DNA of 32,000 nucleotides from Candidatus Saccharimonadota bacterium. GTDB taxonomy: Bacteria > Patescibacteriota > Gracilibacteria > UBA1369 > 2-02-FULL-48-14. This document shows, in pieces, positions 1-11,659 of this stretch. The position numbers and the translations under genes were made by a program. The DNA is taken from positions 1,080,001 to 1,112,000 of the forward strand of contig JBAZVE010000001.1 in the NCBI GenBank assembly GCA_041661045.1, given 5' to 3'. Position 1 is the stretch's first letter. Each line of letters starts with the position of its first letter. The notes beneath the pieces were generated by a model. It was not told where the DNA came from. It searched no databases and was given only the letters and a program-made list of their open reading frames with translations.

Positions 1-1187
<1,187 letters not shown>

Positions 1188-1277
1188 TAAGGAGTTACGA
1201 AGGACTTCGAAAGAAGTCGTGTAACCATTCCTAGGTCGCCTCTCCCTTTACTGGGAGAGCGAGTGCACCGCGAGATG

Positions 1278-1294
1278 CATTCACCCTAGAGTTT
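1278..1294 (+). repeat. Left copy of a 17-nt direct repeat, CATTCACCCTAGAGTTT, in the 16S trailer
   Basis: Matches 4807-4823 (CATTTACCCTAGAGTTT) at 16 of 17 positions in the same orientation. Confidence 0.8.
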
Positions 1295-1363
1295 GCCTCT
1301 CTTTTAGATCTGGATTATCAGACTGCAGATTTACTTCCGCAGCGTATCAATTGAAGAAACCTA

Positions 1364-1387
1364 GAAGCCCCGAAAGGGGCTTTTTTG
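1364..1387 (+). terminator. Rho-independent terminator downstream of 16S
   Basis: AAGCCCC-GAAA-GGGGCTT forms a 7-bp stem with a GAAA loop (1365-1382) and runs into TTTTTT (1381-1386). Confidence 0.7.
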
Positions 1388-1448
1388 CTTGAGTGGAAGC
1401 CGTTTCCACTATATAGTGGGCTCCATTTTAGCATTAAATTTTTATACC

Positions 1449-2309
1449 ATGCCCACTGATCTCCCGTCTCCAGACCCTGTAGTGCCCGAATTCACAGAGG
1501 GCTTTAGGGAAGAGGCTCTGAACTTTGTTCAAACTTGCGTGGAAAAAGCGGGACTTTCTTTAGATGATCCTCGATTGCGGTTTAAGATTGCTAATGATCA
1601 TCCCATTGAAAGCCCGGATTTAACTCGCGAAGAAGTCACTAGAGCTCTCGTCGTTGGACGAGGGCCGAAATACTTTTGGTATGATAAGCCCGGTTCAGGT
1701 GATACGGTCCAAGAAGCTTTTATTGAGGACATAAAGTTCGTGAGTGCTCTTCCTGTCGATCTGATACAGATTCTCATTACTCTTTTCAACTATCCTGATG
1801 GCGAATCGTATGGTGCTGAGGTCTTTGGTCTGGCGCATGAGGGGGCTGACCCGGTGGCCGTCGAAACTCTTCGGAATCGAGTGCATGAAGCTTTAAATGG
1901 TACGAGTGAGGCAGTACCCACATTCAGCCCCGAGTTCCAGACTCAAGCACTAACTCTTACCCAAAAATTAGTGGCTCGCGCGAATTTGGATGGGGATCTT
2001 CCCGTGAGCGTTGAGCTTTCGTCGCATTTTGGAGAGGATACTTTATCGGAACAGGAATTTAAGGATGCGGTTGTCCTTGGAATAGATGGAAGGTATCTCG
2101 ACTATGGAGATATTGATCAAAATGCTTTTGTGGCAGATTTAAAAAGAGTTGCTGCTGAAAGAGGAGTTGATCACATCGTTGTCAAAGTTTCTCTTCACGA
2201 CTGGCCAGAGACTGGTGAGCAGAAGGTTTCTGCCCAAGTTTTTGGTTTGCGGCACCCCGGCGGGGAAGTGGATGGAGTGGCCAGAGGATTCAGAGAAGAA
2301 CTAATATAG
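1449..2309 (+). CDS. Hypothetical protein with two tandem copies of a domain of about 140 aa
   Basis: The ORF is open from 1389 (TTG), and the first in-frame ATG is at 1449. The TTG overlaps the terminator T-run and a TTGAGT-17-TATAGT promoter-like element (1389-1417), so the ATG start is preferred. The two halves end in similar strings (EVFGLAHEGADPVAVETLRNRVHEAL and QVFGLRHPGGEVDGVARGFREEL). No family recognised. Confidence 0.55.
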   Translation: MPTDLPSPDPVVPEFTEGFREEALNFVQTCVEKAGLSLDDPRLRFKIANDHPIESPDLTREEVTRALVVGRGPKYFWYDKPGSGDTVQEAFIEDIKFVSALPVDLIQILITLFNYPDGESYGAEVFGLAHEGADPVAVETLRNRVHEALNGTSEAVPTFSPEFQTQALTLTQKLVARANLDGDLPVSVELSSHFGEDTLSEQEFKDAVVLGIDGRYLDYGDIDQNAFVADLKRVAAERGVDHIVVKVSLHDWPETGEQKVSAQVFGLRHPGGEVDGVARGFREELI

Positions 2310-2332
2310 AAAACTGGGCTGCACTATAAATT

Positions 2333-2980
2333 ATGGCTCGATCTAAAGCTCCTCAACAATTAGATACTGTTCATCTCCTTGTTCATCCCGGATTTGTAAT
2401 GGGAGGAGAGGTAGATCCGCCATCCCGGACAAAACTTCCTGCTTATACTGAGTATTTCCGTAACTTGATTAAAATTGTGGAGAGTGTGGGCCCTGAAGAT
2501 TTACTGCTTTTTTTTGCTGGTGAGTCCAATCCTTCCAAGGAAGTTTCTGGGTTCAGCCCCTTTGAACTATTCGATGTCTTGAAGGAACAATTGGCTGAGC
2601 GCGCTATGTCTGTTCCTAATCATGTGTATGGCAATACCACTCTTTTCAAAAGGTTTGTTTTTCAGAGATGGATTCGTTCTTTAGGTTTTTCTGTTGCTCC
2701 GGAGACCCAATGCAGGGCGTATGGGGAAATTTTTGATGCGTGCGTTTTGCAGCACGCGGCGGGTTTCCATGAGTCTTTTGATTTATATAATCCTGCTCTT
2801 GTTGTTCTTAAACATACGGATTTCAAGAGTTATTACATGAATCAGCTTCTTGCCTCGATGGAGAGGGCGTATTTGCAAAAAGCACTGGAGGATTGTGTAC
2901 TGTTCAGGCCCCCATACTCTCTTGAAAAACACCGTGTTGCGTACCTATTGCCGGATGGAAGTACCGTGCACGCTCAATAA
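2333..2980 (+). CDS. Hypothetical protein (215 aa)
   Basis: Uninterrupted ORF with an ATG start, 23 nt after the upstream gene. The segment RAYGEIFDACVLQHAAGF faintly resembles the cysteine region of isochorismatase-like hydrolases, which is not enough for a call. Confidence 0.55.
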   Translation: MARSKAPQQLDTVHLLVHPGFVMGGEVDPPSRTKLPAYTEYFRNLIKIVESVGPEDLLLFFAGESNPSKEVSGFSPFELFDVLKEQLAERAMSVPNHVYGNTTLFKRFVFQRWIRSLGFSVAPETQCRAYGEIFDACVLQHAAGFHESFDLYNPALVVLKHTDFKSYYMNQLLASMERAYLQKALEDCVLFRPPYSLEKHRVAYLLPDGSTVHAQ

Positions 2981-2986
2981 GAAAAA

Positions 2987-3063
2987 TGGTGGGCGATGGA
3001 AGATTTGAACTTCCGACCTCGACATTATCAGTGTCGCGCTCTAACCAACTGAGCTAATCGCCC
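2987..3063 (-). tRNA. tRNA-Ile (anticodon GAU), CCA encoded
   Basis: The reverse complement folds as a cloverleaf. Acceptor GGGCGAT/ATCGCCC, D stem GCTC/GAGC, anticodon stem CGACA/TGTCG with loop CT-GAT-AA, T stem GGAAG/CTTCC with loop TTCAAAT, then ACCA. Confidence 0.9.
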
Positions 3064-3116
3064 GAATAGCATTGAGTCCCTGCCGGGACTCTTTTGGTAC
3101 GCACTAAAGTGCGTGG

Positions 3117-3193
3117 TGGTGGAGCCTAAGGGAGTCGAACCCTTGACCTCCTCGGTGCAAACGAGGCGCTCTAGCCAACTGAGCTAAGGCCCC
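3117..3193 (-). tRNA. tRNA-Ala (anticodon UGC), CCA encoded
   Basis: The reverse complement folds as a cloverleaf. Acceptor GGGGCCT/AGGCTCC contains the G3:U70 alanine identity pair. Anticodon stem CCTCG/CGAGG with loop TT-TGC-AC, T loop TTCGACT, then ACCA. Confidence 0.9.
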
Positions 3194-3229
3194 ACTAGTG
3201 CTCAACGCTAAAAAAACGAGAGCGAAGAA

Positions 3230-3259
3230 CTTATATCACTTTGGGGTTCAAAAAATCAA
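3230..3259 (-). promoter_or_regulatory. Candidate promoter for the tRNA-Ala/tRNA-Ile transcript
   Basis: On the minus strand: TTGATT, 18-nt spacer, TGATATAAG (TGn-extended -10). It ends about 35 nt upstream of the tRNA-Ala 5' end. Sequence match only. Confidence 0.3.
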
Positions 3260-3298
3260 GCAGACATGGCAAACTGAGGGGGCTTTCATTTTATACTT

Positions 3299-3532
3299 AT
3301 GCTTTTACAGGGACTTATAGGAATGGTGCTCGGGTTCTTGATTCTTATTTTTAGACCTCAAATCAAAAATTTCACCGGAGATATTGGTTTTGCAGAACGG
3401 ACTCTCGGCGCGGGGGGGACCTGGACCTTCCTTTTGTTTTTAGGTGTTTTCATCTTCATCCTCTCCCTCATGTGGGCGATGGGAACCTTGCAAGATTTCT
3501 TATTGAACACCTTTGGACGATTTGTGTCTTAG
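3299..3532 (+). CDS. Small integral membrane protein (77 aa, two predicted TM helices)
   Basis: Two hydrophobic stretches (GLIGMVLGFLILIF and WTFLLFLGVFIFILSLMWAM). No family recognised. Confidence 0.45.
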   Translation: MLLQGLIGMVLGFLILIFRPQIKNFTGDIGFAERTLGAGGTWTFLLFLGVFIFILSLMWAMGTLQDFLLNTFGRFVS

Positions 3533-3544
3533 TCTGGGTGCTTC

Positions 3545-4135
3545 TTAAAGAAGCTTTTTAAGGGCTTCTTCTGTTTCGGGGTCCAATCTTTCGCGTAGAG
3601 CCTTTTTTGCTCGAGATAAACGAGACATGACCGTGCCCATTTCAATCGTCAGTTCAGCTGCAATCTCGTCGTACTGCATATCCTGTTCGTACCTCAGGGC
3701 CAAAATTTCACGGTGGATTTGGGATAACCCTTCTAAGTGGGGTCTCAAAAGAGCTCGTATTTTTTGTTGTTGACTTCTCAACTCCAATTCCCGTAATCCT
3801 TCACTTGAAGTGGGGGTTGTCTCTGAATGTTTGGCAAGAAGTTTCGAGCGATTCTTCCTGTTACGAATAAGGTTGAGGGCGTGGTTTGAAACAGCTCTAT
3901 AGAAATAGTTGTTTGCATACTCTCCACCGCTGAATCTGGTTGGATTTTTAAGGATTTTCAATACTACTTCTCCAAATATGTCTTCCGCTTCTTCTTTATT
4001 GCACAGGCCCCCTTCCACCATAGTCCTTATTAAACGAGGCCTCATTGCATTCAAACGATTCAAGAGTTCTTGGAGGCGTTCAGGGGATTCCGTGGTGGGT
4101 TGAGGCGCGTCGATGGCTTCAGATACTTCAGACAT
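3545..4135 (-). CDS. RNA polymerase sigma factor, ECF (sigma-70 group 4) family
   Basis: Region 2-like EDIFGEVVLKILKNP...YFYRAVSNHALNLIRNRKN. Region 4 helix-turn-helix LSQIHREILALRYEQDMQYDEIAAELTIEMGTVMSRLSRAKKALRERL. Start placed at the ATG at 4135 (MSEVSE...), because the ORF-track TTG at 4192 is the TTG of a TTGACA -35 box. Confidence 0.85.
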   Translation of the reverse strand: MSEVSEAIDAPQPTTESPERLQELLNRLNAMRPRLIRTMVEGGLCNKEEAEDIFGEVVLKILKNPTRFSGGEYANNYFYRAVSNHALNLIRNRKNRSKLLAKHSETTPTSSEGLRELELRSQQQKIRALLRPHLEGLSQIHREILALRYEQDMQYDEIAAELTIEMGTVMSRLSRAKKALRERLDPETEEALKKLL

Positions 4136-4257
4136 ATTTTTTATAAAATGGTACTTCCCGGAAATTAAAGAGCCAATATGGGTATATGTCAAGACGACTA
4201 TTGACTATTCTAACTTTTATTGTTAGACTCCTGGTCTTGTCATTTTAACTTGTTTTT

Positions 4258-4716
4258 ATGAGACACTTTAAATCTGCATTTGCGGGTGCCGTGGTACTCG
4301 GGATGGGCGGTGCGGTTTATGATTATGTAACTTCTCAAACTGGACAAGCAGTTGCACTTGAGGTAGCCGACCCCCTGCTCGCTCAGATTGGGATGGACTG
4401 CCATCTTGCTTTGCAAGATCCTATTGGTCCAAGATCTTTTACGCCTAGGCCTGATTCTGATGATATGTGTGCCCAGTTGAGGTTGCGTATCGATACCACT
4501 TCGGCGAATAAGGATCAGATTGATTGTTTAGAAAAGGCGGTTGAGCATCCAACCTATGAGCCAGAGGATGAGGATTCAGATCTTAACCTCTCCCTGTCTG
4601 GGTGGACTTTTTCGGATGGTGATGTGCAGTTGACCATCTCTGTGGCTCAAGATGATACCTGTCACATAATCTGGCACGCCACTCCACTCGGATATGAGCC
4701 AGAAAAATCCGAATAA
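4258..4716 (+). CDS. Hypothetical exported or membrane-anchored protein (152 aa, 4 Cys, acidic C-terminus)
   Basis: N-terminal hydrophobic segment AFAGAVVLGMGGAVY. Divergent from the ECF sigma gene, with TTGACT-17-TAGACT upstream (4199-4227). No family recognised. Confidence 0.5.
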   Translation: MRHFKSAFAGAVVLGMGGAVYDYVTSQTGQAVALEVADPLLAQIGMDCHLALQDPIGPRSFTPRPDSDDMCAQLRLRIDTTSANKDQIDCLEKAVEHPTYEPEDEDSDLNLSLSGWTFSDGDVQLTISVAQDDTCHIIWHATPLGYEPEKSE

Positions 4717-4724
4717 AATTCCTA

Positions 4725-4753
4725 TTGACTTCACCTTGTCGGCTTCCTATAAT
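4725..4753 (+). promoter_or_regulatory. Sigma-70-type promoter upstream of 23S-5S
   Basis: TTGACT (4725-4730), 17-nt spacer, TATAAT (4748-4753). This is the best consensus match in the window and points at the 23S gene about 275 nt downstream. Confidence 0.6.
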
Positions 4754-4806
4754 GCCCCAGCTTAATCAGTAAGCGCGGTCCTTTATCCTCCTTAATGATA
4801 CTGATC

Positions 4807-4823
4807 CATTTACCCTAGAGTTT
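4807..4823 (+). repeat. Right copy of the 17-nt direct repeat, CATTTACCCTAGAGTTT, in the 23S leader
   Basis: 16/17 identity with 1278-1294. Here it forms the 5' arm of a long hairpin: ACCCTAGA at 4812-4819 pairs with TCTAGGGT at about 4857-4864, enclosing an inner GGTCC-TTC-GGACC hairpin. Confidence 0.8.
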
Positions 4824-4861
4824 CAAACCACACAGGTCCTTCGGACCGTTTGAGCTTCTAG

Positions 4862-4900
4862 GGTGTATGGAAACATACACCTTTTTGTTCCTTGAAAATT
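4862..4900 (+). promoter_or_regulatory. boxB-like hairpin plus boxA-like antitermination element in the 23S leader
   Basis: GGTGTATG-GAAA-CATACACC is a perfect 8-bp stem (4862-4881), followed by TTTTT. TTGTTCCTTGAAAATT (4886-4900) then resembles the Firmicute-type rrn boxA as I recall it (TGTTCTTTGAAAACT). Confidence 0.45.
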
Positions 4901-5029
4901 CGGGTTTGAACTGAACGACTACTTCAGTTCGAACGAACAAAACAATTTTAAGACTCACAACAGGAAGAGCCTGTTGATGAGTAATTATTCTTTCTAATTG
5001 CCATAAAAAAGCACGGAAGATGACGTTAA

Positions 5030-7995
<2,966 letters not shown>

Positions 7996-8067
7996 TTTTC
8001 TTTCGTCTTTTTTGTGGCAATTTGAGAGAATAAAGTCTTGGCCTCGCCAAGTTAAAAAGCGGTTTTG

Positions 8068-8186
8068 TTCAGGTATCTATAGAGAGGAGGTCACACCCGT
8101 TCCCATTCCGAACACGGCAGTTAAGCTCCTCTTCGCCGATCGTACTGTCACAATTAGTGATGGGAGAGTAGGGCGATACCTGAACT
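8068..8186 (+). rRNA. rrf: 5S rRNA
   Basis: CCCGTTCCCATTCCGAACACGG at 8096-8117. Closing helix CAGGTATC...GATACCTG. About 118 nt, lying about 70 nt after the 23S. Confidence 0.9.
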
Positions 8187-8201
8187 AAGCCGCTTTTTTT
8201 T
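8181..8201 (+). terminator. Probable end of the 23S-5S transcript
   Basis: The 5S flanks extend the closing helix: AAAAAGCGGTTTTGTTCAGGTATC at about 8053-8078 pairs with GATACCTGAACTAAGCCGC at about 8175-8193. A T-run of 8 follows (8194-8201). Confidence 0.45.
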
Positions 8202-8234
8202 GTGAGGGAAGTTCCTTTGATTTGATAAAGGAGG

Positions 8235-8263
8235 TTCCAAAATCCTCTTTTTTGTGCTATAAT
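8235..8263 (+). promoter_or_regulatory. Candidate promoter of the pilus operon
   Basis: TTCCAA (8235-8240), 17-nt spacer, TGCTATAAT (extended -10, 8255-8263), 32 nt upstream of the pilB ATG. Confidence 0.4.
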
Positions 8264-8295
8264 TAGCAGATTTAAATAAGATAAAAACAAAACAA

Positions 8296-9993
8296 ATGGC
8301 CGTTCGTGATGATTTGCTTGCCGGTAAGCTCATCGAAAAAGGGCTTGTTGATGCCAAAGTTTTGGAAAAACTTCAATCTTCCCTCAAAACACAAGGAGGG
8401 TCTTTGGAGAATCTTCTTTTTGAGCGGGAAGTGCTTTCGGAGGAGGTTTTGGGAAAAGTGATTGCAGAAATCTATGAAGTCCCCTTCATTTCTTTGAAGG
8501 ACAAGCCAGTTTCTGATGATTTGCTCTTGATGGTACCTTATCTGGTGGCTTCCCATCAGTTTGTTTTGCCCTTTGAACGCAAAGAGGGTGAGCTTTTGGT
8601 GGCTTTCAACAATCCTCATGATTATGAGCTCATTAATTTTTTGGAAAACAAAACGGGCTTAAAGGTTCTGCCCCATTACGCCACTAAAAAAGATCTGCAA
8701 GCTTCTTTGAAGGTCTATAACCGAAATGTGAACGATAAGCTGGATACCTTGCTTCAGGGGGCGTTGACGGACACCAAGAAATTGGAATCCTTAAAGGATG
8801 CTTCCCAGATTGTGGATACGGTGATTTTGCTTGCTTATCAAAGTGAGGCTTCGGACATTCATCTGGAGAGCCATAAAAATCTTTTTGTGGTGCGCTACCG
8901 TATTGATGGCATTTTACACACCATTGCGGAACTTCCTATTGTTATTTCCGATCTCATCATCACTCGCATTAAGGTGCTTGCGAAACTTCGAATTGATGAA
9001 CACCGTGCGGCGCAGGATGGGCGATTTAAGATTACTCTTGAAGGGAATGAGATCACTTTGCGTGTTTCTATTTTGCCTACTTACGATGGGGAAAAGGCCG
9101 TGCTTCGTTTGCTTACTTCTTCACGGCAGGAATTGGATTTGGCCGGGTTTGGCTATACGCCCAAAAACTTGGAAATCATTAAAAATAATATCCGTAAAAC
9201 GAATGGGATTGTGCTTATGACGGGGCCTACGGGATCCGGTAAAACCACGACCTTGTATTCTATCTTAAAAATCCTCAACACTCCCGAGGTCAATATTTCT
9301 ACGATTGAAGATCCTATTGAATACCATCTCGATCGGATCAACCAAACGCAGGTTAATCCCAAGACCAACCTTACTTTTGCCAATGGGCTGAGGTCTTTGC
9401 TTCGTCAGGATCCAGATATTGTGATGGTGGGGGAAATTCGTGATGAAGAAACCGCCAGCACCGCCATCAATGCGGCGCTCACCGGACATTTGGTTTTGGC
9501 TACGCTGCACACCAATGATGCCGCCTCTACATTGCCACGATTGCTCGAAATGAATGTGGAGAGCTTTTTGGTCTCGGCGACTGCCAAAATGGTGATTGCT
9601 CAGCGATTGATCCGTAAAATTTGTGAGAAATGTAAGACGCCCTATACGCTTCGCATCGATCAGCTCAAGGAACTCGAGAAAAAATCCAATGTTAAGGAGA
9701 ATCTGGAACAAATCTTCTCGGGGATTCAGGAAGCTAAAGATGGAACCTTTACCCTCTACAAGGGCACCGGTTGTGAGGCTTGTACGGGTGGATTTAAGGG
9801 ACGAACCTCTATTTGTGAAGTGATGGAAATTTCTGATGAGATTCGAAAGAAGATTTTGGATAATGAATCGCCCACCGCCATTCAAGCCGTGGCCGTTAAA
9901 GAGGGGATGGTGCCGATGTTTGTGGATGGAATGATCAAAGTCTTGCAAGGAATCACGACTATTGAAGAAGTGCTTCGAGTGATGCGCTCTTAA
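8296..9993 (+). CDS. pilB: Type IV pilus assembly ATPase, PilB/GspE family
   Basis: Walker A GPTGSGKTTT, Asp box/Walker B IVMVGEIRDEETA, His box LTGHLVLATLHTNDA, and the tetracysteine motif CEKCK...CEAC. The N-terminal GSPII-like domain is present. Confidence 0.92.
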   Translation: MAVRDDLLAGKLIEKGLVDAKVLEKLQSSLKTQGGSLENLLFEREVLSEEVLGKVIAEIYEVPFISLKDKPVSDDLLLMVPYLVASHQFVLPFERKEGELLVAFNNPHDYELINFLENKTGLKVLPHYATKKDLQASLKVYNRNVNDKLDTLLQGALTDTKKLESLKDASQIVDTVILLAYQSEASDIHLESHKNLFVVRYRIDGILHTIAELPIVISDLIITRIKVLAKLRIDEHRAAQDGRFKITLEGNEITLRVSILPTYDGEKAVLRLLTSSRQELDLAGFGYTPKNLEIIKNNIRKTNGIVLMTGPTGSGKTTTLYSILKILNTPEVNISTIEDPIEYHLDRINQTQVNPKTNLTFANGLRSLLRQDPDIVMVGEIRDEETASTAINAALTGHLVLATLHTNDAASTLPRLLEMNVESFLVSATAKMVIAQRLIRKICEKCKTPYTLRIDQLKELEKKSNVKENLEQIFSGIQEAKDGTFTLYKGTGCEACTGGFKGRTSICEVMEISDEIRKKILDNESPTAIQAVAVKEGMVPMFVDGMIKVLQGITTIEEVLRVMRS

Positions 9994-10001
9994 CTTTAAT
10001 T

Positions 10002-11213
10002 ATGGCCAAATCTTTTAAATACAAGCTTGGAGATAAATTGGGGCCCGAGGCCAAAGGGGTTCTTGAGGCTGAAACGGAGCACGATGCCATTAAAAAGCTT
10101 ACGGAGCTGGGGCATACGGTCATTTCTATTCGAGAACTTAAACGAGGGTCACAGCCATTTTGGGATAGGCCTCACTTGAGTTTTGAGGAAAAACTTCTTT
10201 TTACAAAGCACTTTGCCACCATGCTTCGTGCGGGCATCACCATTACGGAGGCGCTTCAAATTTTGGCGTCTCAAACGGTTCAGGCCAAAAATCGCCAAAT
10301 GTATGAAAGTATTCAACGGAGCGTGAGGGCGGGACAATCTCTTTCGGAAAGTCTGAAACCTTACGACACTATTTTTTCTGATTTGTTCATCAATATGATT
10401 GAGACGGGGGAAAAAAGTGGAACCCTCGACCAAATTTTGGATTATTTGGACGAACAGCTCGACAAAGAATATGAACTCCGGAAAAAGGTGATTTCAGCGT
10501 TTATTTATCCCGCTGTGATCATGGGCATCACTTTGCTTCTAACGCTTGGAATCGTGTTTTTCATCATGCCTAAAATTACGGATATTTTTACTTCTTTTGA
10601 CATCACGCTTCCGCTGCCAACCCGGTTCCTCATTGGGTTCAGCTCTTTGCTTACGGCTCAGCCGCTTCTCACCTTACTGGCGGCCATCCTTTTTACGGGT
10701 TTTGTGGTGTTTCTGCTCAAGTGGAAGGCCCTTAAGCATTCTCGCGATTGGATCGCCTTGCATTTGCCTGTTTTTGGTAAGGTTTTGCGCTATGCCAGTT
10801 TGGCACGATTTGCGCGCACCCTCACTTCTCTTTTACAAGCGGGGATGCCGATTACAAAGGCCTTGAATGTCATTGCAAAAATGATGACCAACAGTTTGTA
10901 TCAAGAGGCCGTTCAGAATTCCGCGGCTAAAGTGGAACAAGGTGGGCAGTTGGGGGAGGCCTTTGAAGGAGAGGAAAAACTTTTCCCCATTTTAACGGTT
11001 AAAATGCTGTATGTGGGAGAGAAAACCGGAAGTTTGGAGACCACCATGAAGCAATTGGCCCTTTTGTATGAACGGAATGTGGATGGCCTTACTCGTAATT
11101 TAACGGTTTTGCTCGAACCCATTCTGTTGGTTTTCATGGGCCTCATGGTTGGAGGCGTGGCGATTTCGATTATTTTACCGATTTACCAGTTGCCTAATCT
11201 TCTTTCTCGATGA
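10002..11213 (+). CDS. pilC: Type IV pilus platform protein, PilC/GspF family
   Basis: Two GspF-type repeats (FATMLRAGITITEALQIL and LTSLLQAGMPITKALNVI) and three hydrophobic TM segments. 403 aa. Starts 8 nt after pilB. Confidence 0.9.
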   Translation: MAKSFKYKLGDKLGPEAKGVLEAETEHDAIKKLTELGHTVISIRELKRGSQPFWDRPHLSFEEKLLFTKHFATMLRAGITITEALQILASQTVQAKNRQMYESIQRSVRAGQSLSESLKPYDTIFSDLFINMIETGEKSGTLDQILDYLDEQLDKEYELRKKVISAFIYPAVIMGITLLLTLGIVFFIMPKITDIFTSFDITLPLPTRFLIGFSSLLTAQPLLTLLAAILFTGFVVFLLKWKALKHSRDWIALHLPVFGKVLRYASLARFARTLTSLLQAGMPITKALNVIAKMMTNSLYQEAVQNSAAKVEQGGQLGEAFEGEEKLFPILTVKMLYVGEKTGSLETTMKQLALLYERNVDGLTRNLTVLLEPILLVFMGLMVGGVAISIILPIYQLPNLLSR

Positions 11214-11659
11214 AAAAAGCCTTCACCTTACTCGAGATGCTTTTGGTCTTTACCATCATGGGATTGTCGTTTGGACTTGCTGTTCTTTATGCTCAAGTGT
11301 CTCAGCTGAGGGCTGATCTTCATGGTCAGGCCGATTCGTTTGTTTCTTATGTGCGGCTTGCACAAAGTGATGCCGCGAGTGGTAAGCATGGGCTTGCTCA
11401 CGGGGTTCGTGTGGAATCGGATTCTTACACGCTTTTTTCCGGAGCCGTTTATGATCCACTGGATCCGCTGAATATTCTGGTGGAGCTTCCTCCCACGATT
11501 GAGATCCAAAATATTGCACTCAATGGGGGAGGTTCAGACCTTATTTTTACGATTCCATATGGGGAGACCGATACTTATGGATCACTTAACTTTACTTCTC
11601 TTTCCACCGGTGAAACGGTTTTAATAACGATTTACGCCAATGGCATCCTTGATTACTAA
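11210..11659 (+). CDS. Minor pilin / pseudopilin (149 aa)
   Basis: Class III signal MKKA|FTLLEMLLVFTIMGL with E at +5. ATGA overlap with the pilC stop. Confidence 0.75.
   Translation: MKKAFTLLEMLLVFTIMGLSFGLAVLYAQVSQLRADLHGQADSFVSYVRLAQSDAASGKHGLAHGVRVESDSYTLFSGAVYDPLDPLNILVELPPTIEIQNIALNGGGSDLIFTIPYGETDTYGSLNFTSLSTGETVLITIYANGILDY

Noticed and set aside
4136-4192. A 19-codon N-terminal extension of the sigma factor, from the TTG start given in the ORF track.
   Set aside because: That TTG is part of a TTGACA -35 hexamer with a -10-like TTTAAT 17 nt downstream. The ATG at 4135 gives a normal ECF sigma length.
8272-8619. 115-aa minus-strand ORF overlapping the pilB start and promoter region.
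   Set aside because: It is antisense to the well-supported pilB N-terminus and runs into the 5S terminator region. No motifs are present.
8831-10866. Alternative-frame same-strand ORFs inside pilB (8831-9220, 9623-9823) and pilC (10546-10866).
   Set aside because: They are embedded in genes whose annotated frames carry all the family motifs. Their products are Arg/Leu/Cys-rich frame-shift noise.
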